A stretch of 32,000 bases of DNA, from the NCBI GenBank assembly GCA_023402395.1, contig JAEYGI010000063.1, positions 8,569 through 40,568 of the forward strand. Direction: 5' to 3'. Source of the DNA: Bacillota bacterium. Its GTDB lineage: Bacteria; Bacillota; UBA4882; UBA8346. Every line of letters starts with the position of its first letter. Positions within the stretch are counted from its first letter, which is position 1. The notes below the pieces were generated by a model that saw only the letters and a program-made list of their open reading frames with translations, did not search any database and had not been told where the DNA came from. Both the position numbers and the translations under genes were made by a program. Shown here piece by piece: positions 8,532 to 18,252 of the stretch.

Positions 8532-10355
8532 TTGAACTTATTAAACCGGTACCCAGGAATAGCCATTATCGCTGTTTTCATTTTGATTGTCATCGCTGCA
8601 GTGACGCCGGTTGACGCAGAACCGAATCCTACGGTCCTAATGGTGGACGTTCATGGTAACGCTCATGTTCCCACGGAAAAAATCCTCGGAGCTGTTTCCA
8701 ATTCCAAAATGGGAGAGCCTCTTGATGCCCAGAAAGTTGAACTGGATATGAAGTCCATTATGGAGTTGGGCTATTTTACAGACATCAAAGCGCGAACCGA
8801 GAAAATGTTCGATGGCGTGGAGCTTATCTTTGAAGTGGTAGAAAATCCGGCCTTCAAAAAAGTTGAGATAACGGGTCTAACGAAGGTCAAACCCGACGAA
8901 TTAAAGCCGTTTTTTACTCAAAAAACCGGAGAGGTATTTAATACAGTCATTTTTCGGCAGGACCTTTCGAATGCGCTGAAGCACTTCCAGGAGAAGAAAG
9001 GGTTGGTTATTCAGCCGAAAACCGCCGGAAATCTCGGTATTTCCACCGATGGCGTGGTCAAATTGGAATTGGTTGAGTTGCGGTTTGGCAAGATTAAAGT
9101 CAGCGGGCTGGTCAAGACCAAAGAGTTTGTGGTCCTTCGGGAGTTAACCTTCAAAGAAGGGGACATCATCGACTATAATGCTTTAAGGAATGATCTACAA
9201 AGCATTATGCGCCTTCGTTTGTTTGACAAAGTCGAACCCCGTATGGAACAGAGCACGACGCCGAATGCGATTGATCTTACCCTGGAGGTTCAAGAAGCGC
9301 AAACCGGCACATTTTCCTTTGGTGTATCCTTTGCTCAGTCTACCGGCGAGGTTGGAGGGGTCTTGGGATATTCGGAAGGGAATTTGATGGGTTTAGGGCA
9401 GAATCTCTCGTTAGATCTAAATTACGCGGAATCGAAACAGAATGCTCAATTTTCTTTCTATGAACCTTGGCTGGATGATAAGAAGACCTCGTTTGGACTC
9501 TCGATGTGGAATACCGACAGTGAGTTTGTATCCACGATGAACTCTTGGTTTAAAGAGGGCGGTAAAGAGCAATATGACCTTCATTTGATCGAAACCGGAA
9601 TCTCTCTTTCGTTTGGCCGTCCGTTGTGGAAAGACTATACCGGCAGGGTTCAGTTTAATTTTCAAAGGAATAGCATGCCAAGCGATGAGATCAGTCCGGA
9701 CGTTGAGGATGGAGATGATGGTTCCCATAACGGGTCCGCTTATACAGATCCAGCTAACTTGAAACGTCCCCTAGAATTTTGGGACAACTCCATCGGTCTG
9801 GATTTCACTAAGAATAAATTGATCTACCAGGACCGTAATTTTGTCAATGGCGGATATCAACTGTCCTTTAATCATACGGTCGCAGGAGAATATTTAGGTG
9901 GAGAATTTGATTATCAGAAATCGACATTGGAAGGAAAGTGGTTCCACGCCTTTACTCCGAATCTGGTGATTGGTACCAGGCTGCAGGGTTCGACCCTTTC
10001 CGGAGAATATCCTGATTACAACGCTTTGTATCTAGGAGGGATGTACCGGTTACGGGGTTATGCCGACCGGCGCTTTGACAGTGATTTGTCTGAACAGTTG
10101 ATTGGTACTAAATATCTCTTATCCAATACCGAGTTGAGATATCGCCTGCCCAACATCAATAGTTTGGAATTCGTTCTTTTTTATGATGCCGGTAAAATCG
10201 ATAATATGGAAGGTGGTAGCACCTTCAAGGCCGATTATGGAATAGGGTTCCGCTACAATGTGCCGTTGCTGGGAGTACTCCGGTTTGATCAAGCTTGGAA
10301 TGTCAACAAGGAGGATGGAAGCAGGTTCGTAATTAGTTTGGGAGAAATGTTTTAA
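8532..10355 (+). CDS. bamA: BamA / Omp85-family outer membrane protein assembly factor (about 3 POTRA domains)
   Basis: SD GAAGGGGGA (8517-8525) lies 6 nt before TTG 8532. Signal peptide. POTRA-type repeats (VDVHGNAHVPTEKILGAV.., VEITGLTKVKPDELKPFF.., IKVSGLVKTKEFVVLRELTF..). Omp85 barrel onset (GTFSFGVSF..GYSEGNLMGLGQNLSLDL). C-terminal aromatic residue (..ISLGEMF). Confidence 0.85.
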   Translation: MNLLNRYPGIAIIAVFILIVIAAVTPVDAEPNPTVLMVDVHGNAHVPTEKILGAVSNSKMGEPLDAQKVELDMKSIMELGYFTDIKARTEKMFDGVELIFEVVENPAFKKVEITGLTKVKPDELKPFFTQKTGEVFNTVIFRQDLSNALKHFQEKKGLVIQPKTAGNLGISTDGVVKLELVELRFGKIKVSGLVKTKEFVVLRELTFKEGDIIDYNALRNDLQSIMRLRLFDKVEPRMEQSTTPNAIDLTLEVQEAQTGTFSFGVSFAQSTGEVGGVLGYSEGNLMGLGQNLSLDLNYAESKQNAQFSFYEPWLDDKKTSFGLSMWNTDSEFVSTMNSWFKEGGKEQYDLHLIETGISLSFGRPLWKDYTGRVQFNFQRNSMPSDEISPDVEDGDDGSHNGSAYTDPANLKRPLEFWDNSIGLDFTKNKLIYQDRNFVNGGYQLSFNHTVAGEYLGGEFDYQKSTLEGKWFHAFTPNLVIGTRLQGSTLSGEYPDYNALYLGGMYRLRGYADRRFDSDLSEQLIGTKYLLSNTELRYRLPNINSLEFVLFYDAGKIDNMEGGSTFKADYGIGFRYNVPLLGVLRFDQAWNVNKEDGSRFVISLGEMF

Positions 10356-10371
10356 CCGTTGAGGTGGGGAG

Positions 10372-11670
10372 TTGAGGATCTTTCCAAAAAAAATTTTCGT
10401 CCTTCTAATTGTTGGTCTAATTGTTGGTATCAGTGCCAGCGATCGCGCTATCACGGCCGGAACGGAAAGCCCCGAGGTGAAGGTTCAATCGGTTGAAGTG
10501 CAATTAGTCGTTACCGGGGCGGTTTATGAAGGGTTGCAGGAGCGGATTGAGTTCAGTGTTGGCCGGGTGGGAGAGAAGATATTGCTCTCCCAACCTCTTT
10601 CCCTATTACAACGTAATCAGGAAACGGTAAAAGCAGCGATTTTTAATGTTTTTTCCAAGGTATTAACTGGGTTTAAATTGGATTCCGTCGATCTTTCATT
10701 GGGGCGGCATACCAAGGTGGTAATTCTAATGACCCCCATTCCTCCATTAATTTCCTCCGTTCGGCTTCGGCTGGAAATTAAGGATGTCGCTCCGGAGCTG
10801 ATTGTTTTTGCGGAAGAATTTCGGGATAATATTGAAAAGGAATTGAACCGGATCCTGATTGGTTTGCCAGTGGCTTCAGTTGCCTGGTCTGAGGGGAGTA
10901 TCGATCTGGCCGCCAATTATTTGGCGGAGAGAGAATTTCCCGGTTTCTCGCCTTCCTTTGTCATGGAAGCCGGTACGGAAACCGATTTTGTATTAACTTT
11001 GACGCCGAATGAACCTGCGGTTGCTTCAATCAAAACGGTTTATAACTCCCGGGATTTTCCGGCATGGATTGTCAAATCAAAATCTCCGCATGCGGATGAG
11101 AATTTCTGGATCCTAAAGGGTTTACCGGTAGAGTTTGTCGCTCATTATCAGAAGCAATTAGAAAGATTTCTTTTACGCCGCAGTGAGTACTTTCCGGAAC
11201 TGCAGCGTTTAGGAATTTCAACGCGAGTATCGGTTTCCCCTAATGAGACAACTACTGTCAAACTTGACATGGAATCTCAAGTTCTTCGAACTAAACTTGA
11301 AGCAAGGTACTTTGTGGATAATGATGATCCATTTGCCAATATCCACGGTTATTTGGGATATCATACCGATGGCGGCGAATGGTTCATTCGAAAGTATTGG
11401 GGTTCGTATCCAGGTGGGGACACTAAAATTGGTATCCTATTTCCGATGGGTTCCAGTTTTAGTGGTGCGTTCGAGTATGACTTAAATAATGAATTTAAAG
11501 ACTTATGGTTTCATTTCAGGTTTGAACGAGGCGATTACCTTGATCTGACCGTGGGATTGGACAACGGTCCCAATGAAGCGTTGGTCGGAATTTTTTTAAA
11601 CAACCATGTTAATTTAGAATTTGTTAAATTTGACAACCGTTTTGGAGTTCAATTGATGTATCATTATTAA
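10372..11670 (+). CDS. Unrecognised exported protein: three ~85-aa modules plus a ~128-aa C-terminal beta-barrel-like domain
   Basis: SD GAGGTGGGGA (10361-10370). Signal peptide with ISA/SD cleavage-like site. The modules end in similar strands (TKVVILMTP, TDFVLTLTP, TTVKLDMES). The C-terminal third has alternating-hydrophobic strands and ends in beta-signal-like FGVQLMYHY. Confidence 0.6.
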   Translation: MRIFPKKIFVLLIVGLIVGISASDRAITAGTESPEVKVQSVEVQLVVTGAVYEGLQERIEFSVGRVGEKILLSQPLSLLQRNQETVKAAIFNVFSKVLTGFKLDSVDLSLGRHTKVVILMTPIPPLISSVRLRLEIKDVAPELIVFAEEFRDNIEKELNRILIGLPVASVAWSEGSIDLAANYLAEREFPGFSPSFVMEAGTETDFVLTLTPNEPAVASIKTVYNSRDFPAWIVKSKSPHADENFWILKGLPVEFVAHYQKQLERFLLRRSEYFPELQRLGISTRVSVSPNETTTVKLDMESQVLRTKLEARYFVDNDDPFANIHGYLGYHTDGGEWFIRKYWGSYPGGDTKIGILFPMGSSFSGAFEYDLNNEFKDLWFHFRFERGDYLDLTVGLDNGPNEALVGIFLNNHVNLEFVKFDNRFGVQLMYHY

Positions 11671-11787
11671 GAGTAAAAGGTTACGACAAACTTGCCTGAA
11701 GGCCGGAACGATCTTAAAAAGAAAAATGGGTTATCGAAGGTGTTTGGTCCTTTGAATATGATTAATAAATTGAAAAGGAGAATTATA

Positions 11788-12372
11788 ATGCAAAGGCGCG
11801 AAAAGCTGTTTCAGATTTTAACCCTATCCGTGATTGTAATTACCATTGTCTTTGTTATCAGCAGTTTGACAGGAGCCGCCTCAAATAACTCAATGAATGG
11901 ACCGATTGGGTATGTCAACTCCGAACGCCTTCAAGAAGAACTTCCTGACTTTAAAAAGTTGGAATCAATTTATAAAGACAAAAAAACGGAGTTTGATTCC
12001 TTCCAAGGATATTTGTACCAATCTCACCGTAATAATGTTAAGCAGCTGCAGGACAAAGCCACTCAGGAGAAAAACGGAAAGTCCGCTGATGAGCAGGCTT
12101 CCATCGATAAGAAGCTCCAAGACGAGGTTCAGAAGAAGACCGATGAGTTGAAGGCGCAACTGGATCAGAAATACAATGAAATTCAAAAATATCTTAATGA
12201 ACAGAAAAAAGTCGTAATTGATAAGCAAACCAAGCTCATCTCCGACGTGGCGACTGAACAAAAAATTGGTATGGTTCTTGAAAAAGCGGTAATCCTGTTT
12301 GGAGGAACCGACATCACTCAAGCCGTTATCGACAAGGCTAACAAAGAGCAAGTTAAAGATGGTAAAAAATAG
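11788..12372 (+). CDS. skp: OmpH/Skp-family periplasmic chaperone
   Basis: Track ORF 11692..12372. SD AAAGGAGA lies 6 nt before ATG 11788. Signal/anchor segment. OmpH pattern: IGYVNSERLQEELPDFKK.., a long K/E/Q-rich helical arm, then ..KIGMVLEKAVILFGGTDITQAVIDKANKE. Confidence 0.75.
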   Translation: MQRREKLFQILTLSVIVITIVFVISSLTGAASNNSMNGPIGYVNSERLQEELPDFKKLESIYKDKKTEFDSFQGYLYQSHRNNVKQLQDKATQEKNGKSADEQASIDKKLQDEVQKKTDELKAQLDQKYNEIQKYLNEQKKVVIDKQTKLISDVATEQKIGMVLEKAVILFGGTDITQAVIDKANKEQVKDGKK

Positions 12373-12389
12373 GAGCTTGAATAGCGGGC

Positions 12390-13259
12390 ATGAAGGTTTA
12401 TCGTTCCAAATTGGTGGTCTGGGCGATTTTGTCAATTTTTTTTCTTATCGTTGCCAGCGTTTTGGCTGGGTCGAATGGTTACGAACGGCCTAGCGTCAAA
12501 TCCGGAATAGATGTTCGGCACGATAATCAGCCTCCGGATTGGACCGGCTATCAAAAGCTTGGAACAAAGTTGGCGGGGCTCCTGGAAGCTAGAAGTGGTG
12601 CAAGGGTTGTTCATAATTCCGTTGACCTTCAATCTAAATCAGATGATCCGGTTGAATCGGGAATTCAGCAACAGATTTTAAAAATTCAGCGAATGTTCGA
12701 GAATGAGCAAGCGATCCGGATTGCCGATATAACTGCTAAAATCGATAGCTTTCGTGAGCAGGCCATTGCTGAAGCCGATCATAATATTCGTGAGTATTCG
12801 AAAATCCGACAAGCAGCATATATCAGGGATATTACTGCCAAAACCAGGGAGATGGAGAACAACTTACAACTAATCTGGTCTGGGATGGAATCTGATGATC
12901 AAGTTATCCTGACTAGTCTTCAAATTCGATTGTCCCTGGCAGAATTGATTTTTGATCCGGGCGAACAGCAAAAGTTTAAAAAGGAAATTGAGGAAGAGAT
13001 CATAAGCGTTCGCCGTAAAATTGAGCAGCGATACCACGAGGCGAAGCAAAAAAACGACGTATTAATGGCTGAATTTAAAAAACAGCGTCAATCTCAGTTA
13101 GAGGATGACCTTCGGCAGTACAAAGCAAAACAGATGATGACCTCGGATAATAATATCACGTTGTATCGCGATAAGTTGGAAAAGGAATATAATCTTTGGC
13201 GGGTACGGCGGGAACAAGAAGTACAACAGGCAATTCAAATGCGTCAAATGGTGAATTGA
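12390..13259 (+). CDS. Membrane-anchored periplasmic coiled-coil protein, unknown function
   Basis: N-terminal hydrophobic anchor (LVVWAILSIFFLIVASVLAG) followed by about 200 aa of charged helical sequence. No C-terminal Skp body motif. It lies between two skp-like genes. Confidence 0.55.
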   Translation: MKVYRSKLVVWAILSIFFLIVASVLAGSNGYERPSVKSGIDVRHDNQPPDWTGYQKLGTKLAGLLEARSGARVVHNSVDLQSKSDDPVESGIQQQILKIQRMFENEQAIRIADITAKIDSFREQAIAEADHNIREYSKIRQAAYIRDITAKTREMENNLQLIWSGMESDDQVILTSLQIRLSLAELIFDPGEQQKFKKEIEEEIISVRRKIEQRYHEAKQKNDVLMAEFKKQRQSQLEDDLRQYKAKQMMTSDNNITLYRDKLEKEYNLWRVRREQEVQQAIQMRQMVN

Positions 13260-13294
13260 TTAAAGAAGTTTAGAGAGATATGGAGGAAATGATA

Positions 13295-13708
13295 ATGAAC
13301 AAAGGTTTGATGTTACCTCTTTCGATCCTCTTGAGCGCAATCATAGTTGTGGCGGGGATCTTTTGGGCGGTAAAAGCAAATTCCTTTAAGATTGGCATCA
13401 TCGATGTCAATCAGGTTTCAAAGGAAAGTGAACTTGGAAAAGAAATAGATAAAGATATCTTAAATAAACGGCAGGAATTGCAAACCAAATTTCAATCCGC
13501 CAAAACCGAGGCCGAGAAGAATTCAATCGGCGCTGAATTTGATAATTATCAAAATACCAAAAAGGAAGAATTTTTGAGCAAGGTCAAACAAGCTATTACG
13601 ACGGTATCAAAGCGTCGCGGTATTAAAGCCGTTGGAAGTCCCCAGGTTTTCATTTACAGCAGTGAAGATATCACACAGGATGTGACCAAAGAATTAAACA
13701 AGAAATGA
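13295..13708 (+). CDS. Short OmpH/Skp-like chaperone
   Basis: Track ORF 13280..13708. SD GGAGGAA lies 6 nt before ATG 13295. Signal/anchor segment. KIGIIDVNQVSKESELGKE.. helical arm ..RGIKAVGSPQVFIYSSEDITQDVTKELNKK (OmpH-like ends). Confidence 0.6.
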   Translation: MNKGLMLPLSILLSAIIVVAGIFWAVKANSFKIGIIDVNQVSKESELGKEIDKDILNKRQELQTKFQSAKTEAEKNSIGAEFDNYQNTKKEEFLSKVKQAITTVSKRRGIKAVGSPQVFIYSSEDITQDVTKELNKK

Positions 13709-13723
13709 TTGGAGTTGGATTCC

Positions 13724-14749
13724 ATGGCTTCCTTGTTGGAACTCGCCCGTTTGGTCAATGGGAATGTAATCGGGGATGGTGCCATTGAGATCACCGGAGT
13801 TGCCGGAGTAGAAGATGCGAAGACGGGCGATATTACCTTTATCGCTACCATGCGCGGGATTGAACTCGCGATTCATTCCGAAGCCGCTGCGGTGATCATT
13901 CCGCAGGGTTTCGGAAATATCACGAAGCCCGCGATTGCGGTAGCTAATCCCAGACTAGCGTTTGCTCAGCTTTTATCCTATTTTCATCCCCGCCAACCAG
14001 TTGTGCCCGATATTCATCCTGCGGCGGTCATCGGAGAGAGGTTTCACGGGGCGGAATGCCGGGTAGGCGCTCTCGTCTATATCGGTAACGACGTGGCGAT
14101 CGGCAAGGGTTCAGTAATTTATCCCGGAGCGGTCATCATGGATCGCGTATCCATCGGTGATGGTTGTGTCGTTCACGCTAATGTGGTAGTCAGGGAGGAC
14201 TGCTCAATTGGTAATCGAGTGGAAATTCACGCTGGGTCGGTGGTCGGAGCCGATGGATTCGGGTATGTTACGGTCGATGGCAAACACGTTAAAGTTCCCC
14301 AAGTTGGTACGGTAATTATTGAAGATGACGTGGAGATCGGTGCCAATGTTACGATTGATCGTGCTACAACCGGCGTTACATTAATCAAACGCGGCACAAA
14401 GATCGATAATTTAGTTCAAATCGCCCATAATTGTCGCTTGGGGGAAGATAATTTCATTATCGGACAAGTAGGAATCGCTAGCAATACCAAACTGGGAGAT
14501 CGAGTGACCATGGCCGGGAAGTCCTCAATCGTTGGTCACGCCAAAGTGGGCGAAAATTCAGTGATTGCAGCCCACGCCCTAGTTATTAACAATTTAGCCC
14601 CCAACTCGTTTGTGTCCGGGGTACCAGCCCGCCCCCACGCCGAGGATATGCGAATTCAGGCTGCAGCTGGCCGATTACCGGAGTTGCTGAAGGAATTTCG
14701 GGAACTTCAGAAACGTGTCGCCGAGCTTGAGGAAAGAGTTCTTTCTTAA
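13724..14749 (+). CDS. lpxD: UDP-3-O-acylglucosamine N-acyltransferase
   Basis: Typical LpxD N-terminus (LLELARLVNGNVIGDGAIEITGVAGVEDAKTGDITFI) followed by long left-handed beta-helix hexapeptide repeats and a C-terminal helix. Track ORF 13709..14749; ATG 13724 preferred. Confidence 0.85.
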   Translation: MASLLELARLVNGNVIGDGAIEITGVAGVEDAKTGDITFIATMRGIELAIHSEAAAVIIPQGFGNITKPAIAVANPRLAFAQLLSYFHPRQPVVPDIHPAAVIGERFHGAECRVGALVYIGNDVAIGKGSVIYPGAVIMDRVSIGDGCVVHANVVVREDCSIGNRVEIHAGSVVGADGFGYVTVDGKHVKVPQVGTVIIEDDVEIGANVTIDRATTGVTLIKRGTKIDNLVQIAHNCRLGEDNFIIGQVGIASNTKLGDRVTMAGKSSIVGHAKVGENSVIAAHALVINNLAPNSFVSGVPARPHAEDMRIQAAAGRLPELLKEFRELQKRVAELEERVLS

Positions 14750-14957
14750 AATAACATCGATTAAATGCAGGAGAAAAATTAAATCCGGCGAAAATATGTT
14801 TTAATGGATAATGGACAATGTGGCACTATTCGTGAATGATTCAATGCCAAAGCCGTTTTACTTAAATAAATTTCATTCGTAATTTCGATTCGTATTATTG
14901 ATTATTCGGCGAATGCCGACAGCGGGGTTTTCAACCTCAGACTGAATGATAAAATAC

Positions 14958-14979
14958 AAAGCGCCTTCGGCGCTTTTTT
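14958..14979 (+). terminator. Rho-independent terminator-like hairpin
   Basis: AAAGCGCC-TTC-GGCGCTTTTTT, a GC stem followed by a T6 run, located 209 nt after the lpxD stop and 25 nt before the lptF/G-type start. Confidence 0.65.
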
Positions 14980-15004
14980 AGTAATATTTGAGGCGAGGTT
15001 GAGA

Positions 15005-16090
15005 ATGAGAATCATTCATCGGTATATTTGGAATGATTTTTTTCAACAATTTTCAATCTGTTGGGTTGGTTTTACCGTTTTAGGGATTGGTAAAATCATT
15101 TTTGATTACAATGACCTTTTTATCGGCTACCGAGTAACTCCAAAGATACTTTGGACTTTACTCCTCAATCAAGTCCCGTACTTATGGATGGATGTTTTAC
15201 CGGCAGCTACCCTTTTCGGGATCATTTTGGCATTGGGGAGGTTACTTCGCGAACGCGAATTGGATGTGATCCAACTAAGCGGTGCCGGAATTTTTAAGAC
15301 TACGCTGCCGCTATTCCTTGGCATGCTCTTAATCTGTGTTGCCGCTTTCTGGTGGAATGATCTGGTAGTCCCAGGCGCTAATCATCGTTTCGAAATGGAG
15401 GTTCGACGGCTATCGGCCAAACAAGATATGCCGCTCTTAAAGGAGCACGTGGTCTTCAAGGCGCCTCAGAACCGATTTATTTATTTGAATCGGATTGAAC
15501 ACCAACAAGGGAAAATTCAAGGGATTCTAATTATTGAAGAGAAGGGTTCGGGAAGCTTTCCGCAAGTAATTACCGCTGCTTCCGGAAAAATAAAACGGGG
15601 GCACTGGGAATTGAACGACGGCGTCGTCCATACGCTGAATAAAGAAGGAGCCATAACTTCGGAACTAGCCTTTACGGAAATGGATATCAAAATGGCGTCG
15701 GATTTCTCAGCCTTTATCGGAAATGAAAAAGGGCCCGCTGAGATGCGGGCCGTCGAGCTGAAGCATTTGGCCGGGCTTTATCGTCGTAGTGGCATTAATC
15801 TTCCCGTATATGCGGTTTTTTATCATTCCAAATTTGCGGACCCCTTAAGTTCACTGGTCTTTGTTTTCCTAGCAGTTCCGTTAACTATTCTTACCGGCCG
15901 GAACGCCCATTGGTGGACGGGTATTATTTATTGTTTTCTAATTATTTTGGGTTATTATGCTATTCAAGTAATCGGAAGAACATTGGGGGTTAACGGAGTT
16001 ATTTTACCATGGGTGGCGGCGTGGGCTCCGGATCTGACGTTTCTGGCGCTTGGAACAATATTGTTGATAATTGGCGAACACCGGAGGTAA
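15005..16090 (+). CDS. LptF/LptG-family (YjgP/YjgQ) LPS export permease
   Basis: IIHRYIWNDFFQQF.. N-terminus typical of the family. Three TM, a ~120-aa periplasmic beta-jellyroll-like insert, then three TM. Size 361 aa. SD GAGGT (14995-14999). Confidence 0.75.
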   Translation: MRIIHRYIWNDFFQQFSICWVGFTVLGIGKIIFDYNDLFIGYRVTPKILWTLLLNQVPYLWMDVLPAATLFGIILALGRLLRERELDVIQLSGAGIFKTTLPLFLGMLLICVAAFWWNDLVVPGANHRFEMEVRRLSAKQDMPLLKEHVVFKAPQNRFIYLNRIEHQQGKIQGILIIEEKGSGSFPQVITAASGKIKRGHWELNDGVVHTLNKEGAITSELAFTEMDIKMASDFSAFIGNEKGPAEMRAVELKHLAGLYRRSGINLPVYAVFYHSKFADPLSSLVFVFLAVPLTILTGRNAHWWTGIIYCFLIILGYYAIQVIGRTLGVNGVILPWVAAWAPDLTFLALGTILLIIGEHRR

Positions 16091-16092
16091 TC

Positions 16093-18252
16093 ATGTTAAA
16101 ATGGTGGATCGCCATGGCTGCGATGTTGCAATTGCTCTTTTTTTCCCTGCCTGCGCACGGGGCGGCGGGCAAGGAACGGGTCCAACTCGCCGCCGATGAA
16201 GTTCGTTATGATTATGAAGCCAAACAGATTATAGGTGAGGGAAATGTAAAAATAACCTACAAAAAAATAGTAATAGCAGCGGATAAAGTCGTTATTGATC
16301 AAGAACAGAATGTTCTTTTGGCGATTGGCAATGTTCACCTGGTGAAGGACGGGGATTCATTTGATGCCGAGCGGTTTCTGTATTATCTAGAAAGCGAAGA
16401 AGGTTGGCTCAGCCCGGTCAACACCACCGTTACCGGAGATGAAATCGAGGAGCCGGTTCTTTACTCGGCAGCGGAGGCTTTCGTTCACGGCGAGGAGATT
16501 TTGTCCAAGCAATCATATATGACCAGTTGCCATTTGGAAACACCCCATTATCACCTCACCGCCAAGGAGCTTGAATATTATCCAGACGAGCGCATTATCA
16601 TGCACGGGGTTTGGATTTGGGAACGGAACGTGCCATGGTTCTATCTTCCCTACCTTTATATCTCACTTAAGGAGGGTGATGATAATTTTGAGGTTGAGGT
16701 GGGGCAGAATCAAACCGACGGGTGGTATTTCCTGGTGGCTTATAATTACTTTGTCAATCAAAGAAACACTTTAAAATTCAAGACCAAGCTAACACAATTT
16801 GGAAACAATGAATATGGGCTCGGTCATATTTTTAAGCAGGAGCCAAATATTAAATGGTATCAGGAATACGCCGTCATAGATAAGTCTAATTACGGAGAAC
16901 CGATTGATTACAAATTTGCCTTTAATTATCAGAACACCACTGATCCCAAACGGAATTTTGAAACGGATCTCACAACTTGGCAACGAAACTCCTCTTACAT
17001 GGATTCATATTTAGAGAACGAGTTGCATTTGAGATTTCGGGGAATATCTCCATATCCGTACTTGAACTTTAGTTTAACCGACACCGGATCAAACATCGGC
17101 GGGGGGGACGTGGCGATTACTCGCAGGATGGATTTTAACGGTTCCTGGGACTATTCATTTGATCCGACATTCCGGGTGAATTTATATACCGGGAAAGCGT
17201 ATACTCAAAATTTATATTACAACACCGTAAGCCTTAATCAGTATTTTTATCGGGTTGCTTTCGCCAAAAGCTTTCAATCCTGGCAGAACAATCTAGTCTA
17301 CGATTATAACTCGACCCGCTCCTACAATTTTACCGAATTGACTTCCTCAAATAATGCTTGGAAATTGCCATATGTTGAGGATATTGGAACAACGATACAA
17401 TACACTTATATGGAAAGACAGCAATATGACTCCTATTTAAATACCAAAGGAGAACGGTTGGGTGTTGATCTACGTAAATCAGTTATGTTGTGGAAAAAGA
17501 ACCGCCTTCAGTTGGATAATAATACGAATCTTCATTACCGCTATTTTCAATTGGATTACTTGGAGAGAGATTCCGAGATACTGGGAGTGGAGGACGGTCT
17601 GTCATTGACCAATTATTTTAATGATTATTTCCGTACCAGCATTGAGTATGGTTATACTGGGGTAACCGGTGAGGCCACCGCGTATTTTGGAAAATCGGAT
17701 GAATATATTCTGCCCGGTTCATATGCCAAAAATAATTGGGCCTGGAACAGCCCAAAATTGAATGCGTCATTTTCCACCGCATATAACTTTGAACAAGCGA
17801 TCGCTTCTCCAGCCAATCTCTCCGCCAGTTGGACCCCTTCTCCGAAGAACAATGTCAATTTTAATACCATTTACTATTGGGGTGAGGGATTGGGGTCAAC
17901 CAATTTTACGGTCAATTATCACCCGTGGGAAAATTGGAGGATAGTTTTATACTTGGGCTACAATTTTTTGGATTTGGTCAACCCCTGGACCAATAAACAA
18001 TTTGAAGCTGAGGTTGAACAGCATCTGACGAAGAACTTGAAAGTGAAAGCGGCTGCGCAATATAATATGTTACGTGACGAGTTTTCGATCGGCAATACCA
18101 CTTTTTCCTATGACTGGCATTGCCGGGAGCTACAATTTCAATATGACTGGATAACTCAGGAGTTCTGGTTCCAAGTGGTAATTAAAGCTTTTCCGCAGGC
18201 TACGCTCAAATTAAATGAGGATATGAATTTGCTTAATGAATTGCCGTATTGA
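16093..18252 (+). CDS. lptD: LptD/OstA-like outer membrane LPS assembly protein
   Basis: Track ORF 16009..18252. SD GGAGGT lies 4 nt before ATG 16093. Signal peptide (..FFSLPAHGA). OstA-type N-domain (VQLAADEVRYDYEAKQIIGEGNVKITYKKIVIAADKVVIDQ..). LptD-like NVPWFYLPYLYISL motif. N/Y-rich beta-barrel ending ..NELPY. Confidence 0.65.
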   Translation: MLKWWIAMAAMLQLLFFSLPAHGAAGKERVQLAADEVRYDYEAKQIIGEGNVKITYKKIVIAADKVVIDQEQNVLLAIGNVHLVKDGDSFDAERFLYYLESEEGWLSPVNTTVTGDEIEEPVLYSAAEAFVHGEEILSKQSYMTSCHLETPHYHLTAKELEYYPDERIIMHGVWIWERNVPWFYLPYLYISLKEGDDNFEVEVGQNQTDGWYFLVAYNYFVNQRNTLKFKTKLTQFGNNEYGLGHIFKQEPNIKWYQEYAVIDKSNYGEPIDYKFAFNYQNTTDPKRNFETDLTTWQRNSSYMDSYLENELHLRFRGISPYPYLNFSLTDTGSNIGGGDVAITRRMDFNGSWDYSFDPTFRVNLYTGKAYTQNLYYNTVSLNQYFYRVAFAKSFQSWQNNLVYDYNSTRSYNFTELTSSNNAWKLPYVEDIGTTIQYTYMERQQYDSYLNTKGERLGVDLRKSVMLWKKNRLQLDNNTNLHYRYFQLDYLERDSEILGVEDGLSLTNYFNDYFRTSIEYGYTGVTGEATAYFGKSDEYILPGSYAKNNWAWNSPKLNASFSTAYNFEQAIASPANLSASWTPSPKNNVNFNTIYYWGEGLGSTNFTVNYHPWENWRIVLYLGYNFLDLVNPWTNKQFEAEVEQHLTKNLKVKAAAQYNMLRDEFSIGNTTFSYDWHCRELQFQYDWITQEFWFQVVIKAFPQATLKLNEDMNLLNELPY

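Noticed and set aside
11965-12435. 156-aa minus-strand ORF opposite skp.
   Set aside because: It is the complement of a K/E/Q-rich helical coding region, giving an L/F-rich artefact. The Skp motifs are on the plus strand.
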